In this document: positions 25,030 through 39,989 of the stretch, piece after piece
Layout: the number at the start of each line of letters is the position of its first letter
Numbering within the stretch: position 1 is the first letter of the stretch
NCBI RefSeq assembly: GCF_009914755.1
Contig: NC_060929.1
Reading direction: 5' to 3' (one strand)
DNA: 64,000 nt
Source: the human T2T-CHM13v2.0 reference genome, Homo sapiens
The notes under the pieces: generated by a model
The model's input: only the letters and a program-made list of their open reading frames with translations
Told to the model about the DNA's origin: nothing
Databases searched by the model: none
Position numbers and translations under genes: made by a program

Positions 25030-26940
25030 AAAGTTATTTTTTATTTCTAAAATTAACATACAAGGAAACTGATTTTTTTGGTGTGCAGTTCTATACATTT
25101 TAGCACATGTATAGATTCACGAAGGTACCACTACAATTAGGATATAGAACGATTCTAGCACCTCATAAAACCCTCACATGCTTTTCTTTTGTAATCACAC
25201 CCTATCACCACCCATAACCCCCGGTGACCATTGAGTTCTTCCCTGTTACTAGAATTTTGTCTTTTCAAAAATGTCATAGAAATAGAATTATAGACATGTA
25301 ACCTCTTGAAATTAGCTTTCCTTTGGCATAATGCTTTTGAGATTCTCCAAGTTTTTGCCAGTGTTAATAGTTTGCTCTTTTTAAATAGTATTCCTTTTAA
25401 ATATTTCCATTGTATAGATATACCACAATTTGTTTAGCCATTTATCTGTTGAAGTGCATTTGGGTTGTTTCAAGTTTTGGGCAATTATGAATAAAGCTAC
25501 TATTAAAATATTTGTGTGCAGGCTTTTGTTTTCATATACTTGTATATGTCCACCCAAACATGGGACAGTCCATTGTTTCTGTATAGGGCTAGAGAGTAAA
25601 TATTTTAGTTTTTTGGGTCTTACAGTTTCTGTTGCAACTGGTGTGAAAGCAGCCATAGATAATACATATAGAAATAAGTGTGGCAAGTGGTATGGCTGTG
25701 TTCCAATAAAACTTCATTTACAAAAACAAGCAGTGGGCTGGATTTAGCTTGTTGGCCATAGTTTACCAATCCTTGCTGTTATAAATACTTAAGAGCAGGA
25801 TTGCTAGATTATATTAGATTTTTTGCTTTGTAATAAAATGCTAAAACATTTTTCAGAGTGGATGTACTATTCTGTGTTACCACCCAACAGTGTTTATGAG
25901 TTTATGTTGACATTTTCACCAGCACTAGGTATTGTCAGTGTCTTTAATTGTAGCCATTCTGATAGGTGCAGTGGCAGGAGTTTGCATTTCTCTAATGGCT
26001 AATGATGTGGAACGTCTTCTCATGTGTTTATAGGCTGTCCCTACATTCTCTTTGCTGATGTGTCTGACCAAATGCTTTGTCTACTTTTTAACTGGGTAGT
26101 TGATTTTCTTACTTTTGAATTTTGAGATTTCTTTACATATTTTAGATATAAGTCCTTTTCTGATTATTTCATTTGCAAATACTTTCTCCCAGTCTGTGTC
26201 TTTTTTTTTTTTTTTTTAGTTTCTTAACAGTGTATTTTGCAAATAAACATTTCTATTTTTTTCATTTCTAATTTAGATGAAGTCCAATTTGTCAATGCTT
26301 TCTTTTATGGATCATGCTTTTGATGTTATTTCTAAGATCTTTTAGCCAAAATCATGAAGATTTTCTCCTATTTTTTTTCTAAAACTTTTGTAGCTTTACA
26401 TTTTATGTTTAGATCTATGCTCCACATTAAGTTGTTATTGCATAAAGTTGTGAGGTTTCAGTCACGGTTTATTCTTTTATATGGGTATGTCTAATTGTTC
26501 TAGCACCATTTATTGAGAAGACTAATCTTTTTGCACTTATTTGCCTTTGTATCTTTGTAAAAAATTAATTGACCATTTGCAGTGTGGTATTCTGGATTAG
26601 GTCCTGGAACAGAAAAAAAAGGGACATTAATCGAACAACCAGTAAAATCTAAATGAAGATTCGAGTTTAGCTAATACCATTGTACCAATGTTAATTTCTT
26701 AGTCTTGGCAAATGTACCATAGCAATGTAGGATGTTAATGTTAGAGGAAACTGGATGAGGGGTATATGGAAACTATTATCTTTTCAACTTTTCTATAAAT
26801 CTAAAATCATTCCAAAATTTTAAAAAATATTTTAAAATCAATTGATTTGTGTGGGCCTATTTCTGTACTCTCTGTTCTGTTCCATTGATCTCTGTGCCTA
26901 CCCCATTCACAAATACTATATTGTCTTGATTACTATGGTA
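25030..26940 (-). mobile_element. L1M fragment hosting nested MER58A and a sense L1MC/MD 3' end
   Basis: Antisense L1 ORF2-end/3'UTR motifs (ccattgtatagatataccacaatttgttt, ttctagcaccatttattgagaagact). The nested L1 at ~26573-26833 is flanked by aaaattaattga / aaaatcaattga. Confidence 0.8.
25559..25776 (+). mobile_element. MER58A-like hAT MITE
   Basis: tttctgtatagggctagagagtaaatatttt...aaagcagccataga...ggctgtgttccaataaaactt...ggccatagttt. Confidence 0.8.
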
Positions 26941-29900
26941 GCATCACTGTTTACAAAAAATGCACAGACTTCATTTAGTTTGTAAATCTCTCCTACAGAC
27001 TAAAGCTCTGCAAGGACAGGCACAGGGATGGACAGAAGTTATCTGGTTTACTATTGAATCCCCAGCATCATGTCTGGCATATGGCAAACACTGAATAAAT
27101 TTTTTTGTTAAATGAATTAGAAAATGAATCTTAGTGACTGACTGAATGAATGAATAAAGTATATCTGAAGTGGTGATTCTGCTTCCCTGTTTCTGTCAAA
27201 TGACTGGGGAGTGCAGAGCAATGTAGATGGCTGGGTGCATCCTTAGGAGGGGTGAGAGACTGACACCTGGGAGTTCTGTTGGGTTTCAGCTGCAACTCCT
27301 TACGCACCCTCTAAGTCTCTTACTTAGGTGCCTTTTTTTCCTATTATCGATTCTTTCTGTCCTATGGGAATTGAGTCTCGCTGCCAGGGAGTTCCAGGTC
27401 AAGTTATGCCAAACATTTAACATGCCCACCCAGGAGATGATATAGGTAAAACTCTTAGCATGTTCCAGAGCCTGGAGCATGGTGCGTGTTCAGCAAAGGT
27501 TAGCCTTAACTACTATTTTTAATCATTAAGAAATTAAGAGATTTGTATTTTTTACTTGAAACCCCAAATTACTTCATTCATTCTTTCATTTATTCATAAA
27601 ATATGAATCCATTTGGTAGGATTTATAGACTGTTACATGCCACACATTTTGCTAGGAGCTGGAGACATGTCTGAGAATAGGGCAGATACAATCCTGCCCT
27701 CAAGAGTAAATCTTTTGAATGAGCACTGTAACCAATTTACTCCATGTGTCCAAACGTAATGCACTGTGAAGACCTTAGTCCATACAGCTATGCATTTGAT
27801 GTAGAAGCAAAACTCTCTTTCTCCTTTAAAATGAAAAAAACCAACCAACCAACCAACCAACCTGTCTAGATTCTGATGAAGTAGATCTGTGCTAATTTTC
27901 TTAGCTTCAGTAATTGCTTGTGACATCCAAGTGTATGAGAATACGAAAGAGGAAAGGCTAATTCTGGAAACCTGTTGGGGGGTTCAAGAGAAATGGGTGT
28001 AGATAGCCTTCAGAGCTCTTCCAACTCTGGGATGTGGTTGCTGAGTTCTTCCCCCCTCCAATATAAAATACAGAGTGATTAACTAATACAAACACACATA
28101 CACACATCTACCAATCATATTCCTTATTGTAATTAATGACTTTTATCATTGTTCTCAACTCTTTACTGAAAAGAGGGAAAAAAGTATGCAGTGAAACCTT
28201 TACCATTTAGAGAGAATTATTTTGAAGTCCCACTTCAGGTAGCTCAAGGAGGTTCCCTTGTTGAAAAATCTTTTCTCATTTTCATGTCAAAGAAACTTCC
28301 CCATATCTGTGTCATTGCTTGCGTGTATACATTCCCAGACTCTGTAATTGTCATTGAGTAACCCAAAGAGGGTTTTTATTCCCCTCCTTCTGATTGAATT
28401 AGGCCCAAATGAGCACATCTGATTTCTGCCGTATGTTATCCTCATTGGCTAGGAAGAAATGGAGTTATGTACTAGAGGAAGCTAATTAGGCATTTTCCTC
28501 TTTAAAATCTGCCTTCGTTTTGAATACTTTGATCTCAGTTAAACTGCATCCTTAGCTAATTAACAGCAAAACAATTAAGAAGCTGTGTTGGCTGTTGAAA
28601 ATAAAAACAGTTTTCCAGCAAAGCCAATTCATTACATGTGGGCAACCATGGTCTTTGAAATCAATTTCCTGTAAAAACTAATAAGACAAACTGCTTCTTC
28701 TGAATATCCGCCTCTAAGATGTATCTAATTCTGTTTACAGTGATAAAATCTTCCCAGCGGAATATCCCTCTGATCCTTGTAACCTCACAGTAAACATGGC
28801 AAGCTGGTGGATCTACATCATTCCCATGAGCCAAATCAAAATATTAGGCCTGTCTCATCTGCTCCAGGATCAACATATTCAGGAGGGTTCATCATTATCA
28901 TGAATTTTATACTTCACAGAATTTGAGAAGAAATAGGAGGGTATTTTTAAAAAGTTTTTTCAGACAAGCACAGCAATCTTGTCTGCATTATATTAATATT
29001 TACCACAAGCCTACAGAGTCATTCCACCAGTTTTGTAGACATTTATCTTCTTCAAATCACCCCAGAGAAAAGCCCAGCTTCAAATACCAGCTAGTACTGT
29101 CCTGGAAATGATAAATTGAAACTCCCTCCAACTCTGTCATACTTTCAGCTGGATAATGCTTAGTTTGCAAAATGCATTGGTCGTGGCTCTTTTTTCCCCC
29201 CTTCATTTGTAGATATGGTAAGGGCAATTGGTCAGAGTTGACACGTAATACTATTTTGGTGTCAGGAAATTTACATTAGTCAGGACACAGTCACGATGCT
29301 GAAAAATAAGTTAACTTCTGTAGTAGCCAATGAAGAGGTACCACATATGTGATGAAGACGCCATTATAAATAAGAAACTCTGCAGAACACAATGATTGGT
29401 TGGTAAGTAAGAAAACTGGCTGATTGGTTGGTTGGTTCATTCATGAAGTATTTCATTCAGCAATTACTTATTGAGCACAATATGCCAGCCACTGAAGCAG
29501 GTGCTGATTTGTGATGGGAGACCTTTGAAGCCCGGCCCAAACAAAAAAAAAATAACTCTACATTTTGTGATAAAATTCCTCAATTATTCTGTGGTCACTC
29601 AGTTATTCAGCAGCCCATAAAGCAACACCTACTGTGTGCCCAGCATTACTTGTGGAGTTACAATTTAATTGATTAAGCCAGATGGTGTTTTTCCTAAGCT
29701 CATCTATAGCAGATAGCTAAGCCCTCATGAAAGTCTGTAGAAAGGGGATCTCAACCGTTCATAAGGTTTAGTTATTCTCTGGCCCATTGTGTTAATGGGC
29801 ACCCTCACTGCCAGAAAGACAGAAGGCAGTTTCCAGTCAATTAAGCAAGCAATTGACAGTATTTGTTGAATGTTTACTCTGTGCCTAGTGTTGTGCTTGA

Positions 29901-30478
29901 TGCTTTCCTTCTTTCTAGAGAATAGGCGGAGATTGTGAGAATCTGGTTAATTGCCCATGAACGTACAATGTAGAATTGTTAATTTAGCAAATACTGGCTA
30001 AATACAGAATGCCTGCTCTCTAGGCACTCGTTACAAAATAGTACAATAGGTAGAGTAGGTACACATAGTATAGCAGTGCCTTATAAGCAAATGCTTCATC
30101 CATGAGCCCTAATTATCTTAATTGGTAGTATTTCCTTTTACTTTGCTTTTAAATATTTTTCTCTAGTCTCCAATACTCAACTTACAATACAAATGGAAAC
30201 TTACAATAGCTAGACAAAAAAGATGAATATTTCACTTAAGAGACGATACTTAGGTAATATTAATGAGAAAATATTTGATATCTCCTTAGGGCAATGTACA
30301 AGCTTTCACTGGACTCAGGGGAATTAAGTTTTTGAATAATGTATTTTTTAGTAACTGAATGTACTGATGGGCTGATATCATGATAGACAAACTTGTTATG
30401 CCCCATTAATTCCAATTGTATAATAGTGTAGTATTTGCTATAAACAATTGGCATTTTAAAATACAGTTTCTAAAGTAG

Positions 30479-30856
<378 letters not shown>

Positions 30857-33800
30857 TATGGGAGAAATTTTAAGTGAAACAGGAAAGAGGCAGAAGTTCT
30901 AGGAGTTAGAAGAATTTTTAGAGAGCATTCAGTCCAACCTTTGCCCTGACCCTTTCTTAGTGCCTCCTATAGCACATTCTTATTCTGAAAACTAAGAAAG
31001 TTGGTCCTTTCATTAAGTCTCAGAAATTATTTTCCCTGAGCTCTAGTGAAGAGTATCTTTATAACAGCAAAGTTTGTCAAGCCTCCTTGGTGTCAGCTCT
31101 GGATGATGTTGGAAGCCGGTCCTTAAGAATGATCCTAATTACATTGATGTCAATAGAAACACAAAAGAGTGATGATAATAAATAGTGCTTGGTTGAAAAC
31201 ACGATGCCAGATCCTGCAAATGACGGAAACCAGGCCTGGTTCCTGTCTGGGAGCATCTAATAAAATGTTATGAGTTCTGCCTCAGAGAGGTTGAGATTGA
31301 TGGTATACTGTCAACCCTGGAGTTTTCCAAATGCTTTTTGATTCTGTGTTGCAAAAACTCAAGTAAATATGTTTGTTTTGGGTTATTTGTTGATTTGGAA
31401 TGATGAACATGATTGATATCTTTGCCATGCAGAAAACTGAGATGAAACCATTATCATCCACATTGGTACTTATTAGACTTTCAGTAGAAATGAATGAATA
31501 CATTTATCCTCAGATGTGAAGTCAAATTAAAACTTGAACTTTCGGGCTTAAGGAAAACACTATTCCTGCTCAACCACTCTTTGGCTGAGGTGCCCTCCAC
31601 GTTTTTGGAAAAATCAGGCCTTAGATTGTTTGAGTACAGCGAAGGGCACAATCTTCCATTGTACACAGCTCCACGACACCCACTAATGTCCAGGACAGGG
31701 GCCATTCAGGATGAGAAAGGCTTTGGGGTCAGACCCATTCAGGATTAGGGCTTAATCACCAGGTGACCTCTCGGAGTCATTTTCCTTATCTTGGAGTCAC
31801 ATAATTGTTGAGTTTGGTACCTGAATACATTCAGGTATGTGAAGCACATGTAGCAAGGCACAGAATGTATTTGGTAGAAGTGCAGACATTGCAGGCATAG
31901 AGTGGGTTTCTATTCTCAGCTCTGCCACTTACGAGGGTGTCACCCTAAACTCATCAATTAGCTTCTCAGAGGCTTAGTTTCCTCCTCTGAAAGAAGGGTC
32001 ACTCATAATAACTACCTAAAAAGGCTGGCATGAGGATTGAATTATACTAAGTGGAAAACACATGCATGTAAAGCATTAGATTTTTGTGCGTGTGTTCCCA
32101 ATGTGTCTTACCCACAGACATACCCCTTCAGTGACTGGTTGACATTTTGAAAATTCCAAGACATTAGGCTAACCCAGTTTGAGCAACAATGTTTTTATAA
32201 ATATCTCTTGCAAATAAACTGGAGGGCTGACAATGGAAAGACATAATGGACTCTGGGGATGGGGTTAGGGAGATCGTCACCTTTAGTGTTCTTTCTTCTT
32301 TAAGAGATGACTATAGGAGGCTGCTGTCCAACACTGTTGCTGTAGCATCTCTGACAGTCCTTAACATTATAAACATGTAACATCAGGGAACTATTTTAAT
32401 ACCTATAGTTTTCTCAATCTCATTAAATAATTCCTTCAAGTATCATCCTCCAAGAATAACAAGGTAGATTTTATGGATGGATTTTCTCTGTATATTTGGA
32501 CAATACTTGAAAAAGAAACGGTGGAATTTAGTGATAAGAACTCCCTTGCAGCCGCCTGCCTCCATTTCCAAAGTGACTGCTCTACTTTGTGATGTTATCT
32601 GGAAAGATAACTAATTAGTTTCATGATAGTCAGAAAATAGGCATTCTAATACAGCTTGAGTTCAAGACTGTTGCTCTAAACATTAAAATGATTTGGCTTC
32701 CTATCTCAGCTCTACTACTTATCAGTATATAACCTTGGGCCAGCAGCCACGAACCTCCTTAAGCTTCAGTTTCCTCATCTGTAAAATGGGGATAGCAGCA
32801 GCCACCTCCTGGGATTGTTTACAGATTCCCTCAGTGAATGCACATAAGGTGTCTAAAGGGGTATGGCATCAAGGCAAGAGTTCAAAAAATGTCAGTCGTC
32901 ATTATTATTGTAATCATTAGCTACTATCTCAAAGCTACCTTTCTCTTTCGACTGATGAAGTGAAAGGTTGTTAACTGTTTTCATAATTGGATTCTCAAAA
33001 CCTGATATTTCCCAGCTCATCTTTCTTAAGAATAGTCGTTCATCAGATAGGTCCATCTGGAGGTCATCGTTTGTTCGTGAGAAGGCAAGGAGCCATCGCT
33101 TCCTGGTTATATTCGAATGGAAAAAAAGACACTTCTTGAAAGCTGCTCTGGGCAAATGTTTCCCAAAGGAGACTTAGTGCAGGGCAGAGCAGTAAGGAGC
33201 AAGGTCGTGCATTCAGGCAGAAACTCTGTTGTCTGTGGAGCCAACCCCACCGCCCCTTGCAGGGCTGCACATGAAGCTCACTCTTATGAGCCCCATCTGG
33301 TACTAATCATCCCATTTCCTGTCTGTTGAGTGCTCATGTACACTGTAGCACTGTATGAATTGATGTTTGCTTAGGGCTTTTTGCACGAGTCTGCCTTTTT
33401 AAAAGAGGGCCTCTTCCTTCCCTGTATCCAAATGGAGGTTAAGAGCAATGCCTTTGGAGTCAATTAGACCTGGATTTAAATATGCACTCTGCCCCTTACT
33501 ATCTAGGTTACAGCGCTTCTTTGAGCTTTGCTTTTCTCATCGGTTAAATGGAGAGTTAACATGTGTAAAGGGCTTAGGAGAGGGTTGGCACATAATAAAC
33601 ACTCAATAAACATTAACTCTATCCTGAGAGACTACTTCATAAATAGTAGTGGTGGACAGGATATGAAGTGGTTACAATAATGATATTCTTTGGGTGTATC
33701 ATTTCCAGAAAAGCCACTGTCAGTCGTAATGATATCATTCTTTCTTGTAACATATAAATCTAGGAAAAGAGTACCCCTCCTCCTCTATCCTTAGATATAA

Positions 33801-36536
33801 CTGCTCTATATTAGCACCTAGTAGTATAATCCAACTCTAAAACTCCAAAACCACTTCAGCTCTTTGGAACAATTTCATAATCTCTTAATTTTATGAAATA
33901 ACTTTCACTTTTAGACAAAACTGAGAACAACTTCAAAGCAGTTGCTCTTAGTAAAAGAATGAAGATATGGAGTCAAACACTGTTTTCCATTGGCAAAAGG
34001 AACTCAAAGAGATATTTTAAGACTTACTCTGTCAGAAAAACAATTTTTTTTTTCTTGAGTGAAATTAGGTGCCTTGATCATAGATCCCACCACTACGTTT
34101 TACTGTGTCCCCATCTCTCCTTCATCCTGACATATACACCCTTTCTGTTTCTTAAAATGGTTTTTTTTCTAGACTGGAAGAAGTATTAAAATATTGGTGA
34201 CAGCCTTTCTTAGCTGCTGAGAAAATTAATGCTTTGGAAGAAGGCTAGACAGATTCACCACTAGGCTGATATATGGCTTTTCTGATATATTTAGAAGTCA
34301 TATGTGAGCATGAAGAACTTGCAATTTGAAGTTCAATTAATGTTCAAATATTTCCTTATCCATCTCTTTCCCTTGAGTTCTTACTGACAGGCCCAGATTA
34401 GAGAGCCAGTTTCAGGAGGAGGAGTGTGTCTGGGGATCATGGAAGCTCTATGTTCAAGGAGATCTCAGGATCATCTAGAAAAACCCTCTAATTGCTCCAG
34501 CAATTTTTAAAATTTAGAGAATCATGTATTTCTTTATGAGGCTGAAGGAAACGGAATCACCTCCTAGAAAAATGCACATACAGGTAGGCTCACATGCAAT
34601 TTTAAATATGGTTCCAGGAGGTCTCACTGATGCATCTCCGGACTTCTAAGTCATAAAGTCTGCAGGTAAGAGCGGCTGGCTGGTACTGGTGCCAGTATTG
34701 TCCTGAGGCCTGGCAATCAGGGCCCTGATTAGAAAGACCTACTCTGACCGTTTTCTAGTTTTAAGGTCACAATGGGGCAGAGGCTACAGAGCAAGAAGAT
34801 GCCTGGTTGGAGCTCACCTCATGTATCCATTTCTAGACCACTCTCTGGGGACCCAGAACACACTTTCAGAGCCTATTATAAGCCTCTTCCCAGGGTTTGC
34901 CATCTCAAAGATACACCATATCACCAGGGGGTATGCCTATGGGTAGCTGTTTTTCTTTGGGATGGGTTAAGAGCTTGGGTATTAGCATGTGTGTCAACAC
35001 ATTTAAGTGTAAGTCCCCTTACAGTACAAGATGGAGGCAAGTGAGAAAATAAAAGGAGGCAGTATGGCTTTAGACCTGGCCCCTCCATTTTCACTCGTCC
35101 TAGACCCAGCAAAGGGGCACATGCTGTTGCTTCTGATCTCTTTACTCCTCTTAGCAATTTCCACCAGCTAATTCCGACATAGCCTTTCAGCCACAGTTTA
35201 CATGTCCTTTCCCCGGAAATGCATTCCTTGACCCTCAGGCTTCGTTCCTTAGTGGATTATCAGTACCCTGTAACTTTCCCTTCACAGTACTTATTTAAAG
35301 ATTATTTGAGTGATTATTTGAAATGTCTGTCTTATGTACTTAAAAACTATTTGTGGTTATTTTTGTAAAGTCTAGCTTGTCACTGCTGTTTCCTCAGAAC
35401 CTAGCATGGTGCCTGGCACAGAATTGATCCTCAATAAATATTTGATGAATGAGTGAATAATGAATGGATACTATCTTTGGGACCTATGTTGTCCATATCC
35501 TAAGAAATGATCCTCAGCCCCCAGCAGCTATCTTCCTTCCTAATCTTGCAGAGCCTACCAGCCAATATGTAGGTGTAATTGCCCTATGATGCCAGGGAAC
35601 TAGGAGACCAGGCTCACTGGGGTGCAGCAAGCCAATAAAAGTGCAAAGACCTTCATGTAGATCATGGGCCTCTTGTATTCCTGTGATCACTAGCTAACAC
35701 CTTGATGGACTAATCACCAAAATCTACTATCTAAATGAAAATCAAAGCAGTTCAAATTTGGCATGTAGTGTGACTAACAAATAGAAATTTCTTACTTCAA
35801 TACTTCCTTTAAAATGGCAGCCTGGCCCCAGATAAAGTGAACATCCTAATTTCAACCCATCAAGAATTGAATTATGTCCAAATAACACAGCTCCCCTTGT
35901 TCTGATTGGAAATATCATTGCCTACAAAAACAAATAATTGTCTACGTAAGAAAATATTGCCTGAATGCCGTGATTAAAAATTAATTAGCAGAAATTAGGA
36001 TAGCTTTTCCAAAGATTTGGTATTAAGTTAAAGGCAGTCTGTTGTGGAGCCATGGCAATTAGGCAAATTATCAGGGTGAAGGCAAGAATATTAACAGTCA
36101 TAGTTACTATTTATTGGGTGTTTTCTCTGTTCCAGGCTTTCTGTTGAGTGCCTTATGTTCATTATCTAATTTATGTTTTACAAAACCCAGGGAGGTGGGT
36201 GTTATTATCCTATTTTACAAATGAGGGAACAGAAACTCAGAAATGTTTGGTAGTTTCTCCAAGGTCACCTTAACTGATAAGTGGCAAAACCAAGTTTTAA
36301 GCCTATATTTTAGGACTCCATTTTACATTTTACCACTAAGTATATTAAAATCTCCTTATATACCAGAAAGAGAGATAACTCCCAGGCCATGCTTAAAGTA
36401 CAGGAGAAAAGCTAGACTTGGACATTCTCAGGGGCCACTTAATCCTGTTTTTTTGCCCACATCTTACATCAAGGAAGATGTCATTTCAGCTCTGCCTTGT
36501 CAGTCCTTCCTCATGTGGACCTCAGAGGACGAAGGC

Positions 36537-37082
36537 TGTGCTCTATTGTCGATTGCTATATGATAAGCTATCCCCAAACACAGTGGCTTAAAGCAACCAT
36601 TTTAATTTGCTGATGGTTTTGTGGGTCAGGGATTTGGGAAGAGTTTGGCTGGTGGCTTGTTTCTGTTCCCCAGAGCATCAGTAAAGGCAGCTGGGGCTGG
36701 AGCAGCCACTTCCACTTATGGTGTCTTCACTCATTTGACTGGCATCTCTGCCTCCCTTCATGTTTCACTGTACTGATGCCTTATTCTCCAGGGCTTTCCA
36801 TGTGGCACAGTGATTTTAGGATAGATGGACTTCCTGCATGGTGGCCAACTCCTCCAAGGGTGATTGTTCCAGAAATAGGTGTTCCAAGAAGCCCAGGAAG
36901 AAGCTGTGAGGCTTTCTAGGACTCTTTTTGTCAGTGCAAAGATGTCACTTCTATTGAATTTGTTGGTCAAATAAGTCACTAAGGCCAGCTCAGTTTCAAA
37001 GTAGGGGGAAGGGAGTAAGGGAATGGCAAGTGAAATAGGGAAGAAAATTGATGGTGATTCTCTTGGAGACAAGCTACTACAG
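36537..37082 (-). mobile_element. MLT1 (H/G-like) LTR
   Basis: ccccaaacacagtggcttaaagcaacc...gtgggtcagggatttggg...gtcactaaggccagctcagtttcaa...ggagacaagctactaca. Confidence 0.7.
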
Positions 37083-39989
37083 ACTGTCTTCAAAAACTAT
37101 TGCCATCTCACCAGCAAACATCCAAATGAATATTCCTTTAGAGGACAGATTAGACTATAAACCTCTTGGTGGAAAGTAGAAAAGGTAAATAGCATGTAAT
37201 AATCACTTGCTGCACACCAGACCCTACGCTAAGTGCTTTACATATCTGATTGCATTTAATTCTTATAACAACATTTTAGGTAGTCCAATTATTTGCAATG
37301 CTACAGATGCTCAGAGAAGTTAAGGAATTTACTCAAGGACCCAAGTAAATGCAGTCTCTGAGATCTGAACTCCAGTCTTGTGAACCTCAAACTTGTGCCT
37401 TTAGTCATTACACAAATGTGGTAAGGGCTTATCAGGAAGGTGGATTCATGGATGAGGTAAGACAAATTAGCAGGCAAATTTCAATAAGCAGGCAGGATAG
37501 ATATAAAAAGGCAACAATGTGGTTGGAAGCAGAGAAGTGGGGACTGATCTGCTGGCCTGTCAAGTGATATGAAGACTGGAATTGGATAGCTTGGCAAGAG
37601 AAGTTTCTGGTGGCCATGAAATTCAGGCAGAGCCCAACATATTGAGATGGGAAGTCAGGCAGCCCACGCACTCCAGAGGAAGCCCTTATACCCAAGGCTT
37701 AAGACCTCAATTGACTGCTTTTCTTTTCTTTTCCTAACAAAGGCTCAGAGTTTCCTCAGTCATCTCAGTTCCCAAACACAATTCAATTTCAGAGGGGAAG
37801 GAAAGTTCATGCGAATCAATGAGGAGCGCTGAAGAATGGCCCCGTTTTCACTCCAGAGAAAGATTACCTTGTGTGTGAGAAACTCTGTTCCTCCCTTTTC
37901 TCAGAATTGACATTTGGGAGCCAAAAGAGAGCTGTTAACTGGTGAAATGATTTCTAAATCAATTATTGAACTTTGACTCAACTGGAAGATGTAATAAAGC
38001 AGTATCTTAGGTAGACATTTGGGTAACTGAGTTTTTGTACAAGTTCAGGATAAAGAAGTCTTGATACATAACTTTGTAATATAAAATTTCATACCTTCAG
38101 TAAAGTACAGTGGTTAAGAACAACAGCACCTGAACCAGACTGACCTAGGAGAGTCTTGCTCCACCACTTATTAGCTGGGTAACTTTGGACATGTCACTTA
38201 TCCCTTAGAGCCTCACTTGACTCATCTAAAAATTGGAACAACAATCCCTGGAGAAGGTGGTGAGAAGTCAATGATATGGTGCATATAAGTGCCTGCACAG
38301 GGTTTGGTGTGTAGAAAGTGCTCAATGCAGTTAGCTATCAATGTTACGTTCCCAGATACTTGGTCTGACTTCAGAGTCTAGAGCCTGCTCCGTTTTTCAG
38401 GGCTGGGAATGGAAGCACTGTAGTAAATTCTATAATTATGATTCTGAGACTCAGAGCCATCTGGAAATTCAGTCTCCTCACTGACCAGAAGTGGGATGCG
38501 GGAGGAGGTTAAGTCAAAACCTCCCCCTATTCTTTATTAACATGATAACTGAAAGCATACTTGTACCTCCCTCTTGGGGCTGTTTTGAAGGATAATTTCT
38601 GTAAATCACACAATAATGCTAGTCACAGGTATAACTATCACATAGTGAACAGCCTCTATGTATTAACTATTATTATTATGTATTAAAATATTGGTTGAGT
38701 GGCTTCCATGTGGCAGGTATTGTTCTAGGAACATCTTCAGGACAGATGGGCCCATGTCTAGAGGATTAGCTCCGGGAAGTCATGCAAGACTTGTTCCCTG
38801 TCATTCAGATATTGGCTAAAAGTATTGACAAAGTACATCTGTGGTCAAGGCAAACCCAGGGACTGTGATACTGCTGAAGCCCTAAGCCAACATCTAAGGT
38901 ACCATGAGTCACCCCAAACCAGAGAGGATATGCTTATTACTCAGGATGTCCAAGGCATGACATGGCCAGAGGGACAGTCTGGCTGAGGCTGAAGAAAAAA
39001 GCAGAGAAGATGAAGCCCGGTAAGTAGTGTCAGACATCATGCAAAAGAGAGGAGAGAAAAGTGAGGAGGACATACAGGGAGTAGAGCACAGGCTGGGGCA
39101 GGTCAGGGTGAAGACCATGGTCAATGTGGGTATCCGAGCATGACCTTCATGTAATACTGACAGCCTGGTGCAAGAGTGGGGCTTCAACCTAAAGAGACTG
39201 GGTAGTATCAGACTCAAAATGACCTCTATACGTTTCATGAAATTTTGAGGTTCCCATTTTTTTGAATGAGGTCCAAGTTCAGATCTGGAAGTTTGTGGAA
39301 ACAGAAGTTCTGAGAAATAATTAACTACCACATCATTCTTACTTTCCACTGCCTCCTGCAGAACAACTAGATTCTAACTTTGTTGACCTTCAAAGCATAT
39401 GCGTGGTTAGTCATGATTTATGCTAAGGAGCAAGCCATATGGCATTGGAGGGTTTAATTTTGGTGCCAGTCACAGGTGTGTGCTTTCACTGGCATGCCTC
39501 AGGCAATTTATTTGCTGACAAGAGACTGTAAACAGGTTAACAAGGTAAGCTATCCTGGACAAGGCTGAATAAGAAAAACATGGCTGGTCTGCTTTCCTCC
39601 ACCGAGTCTGTGAGTTCTGCACATTAAACATTAAGTAGAAAAGGTGAAAATGACTGACTTTGAGATGATCTTGACTAACAGGCTCTCTGTAAGCAAAGAA
39701 AGGAGTCTTAAATCAGAGGTATGGCTCATAGAATAGGAGTGAAGGCTTCACCTTGAAGTAACTGGGGAAATCAATGCCAAATTATTAAACAAGCACAATA
39801 TAATTACATGAGATGATAAACAAATGTTCAAACCAATCACGGCAGAGGAAAAAAAAATTTAAACCAGGTGTATGGCACTGAACAGGCAAACCTGCCATTT
39901 CATTGTCTAATCTTTTGGCTTTTCATCTGATTAAGGTAAGTCTCTTCATATTTCAGAATCGCTATAGGACATATTTTCCTCTGAGTCTG

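Noticed and set aside
33251-33263. Second CTCF-like motif CCTGCAAGGGGCG (minus strand)
   Set aside because: Two mismatches to the core; too weak without ChIP data.
39535-39945. Strong donor motifs AAG|GTAAGC and AAG|GTAAGT
   Set aside because: No convincing paired acceptor or reading frame; such motifs are expected by chance in 64 kb.
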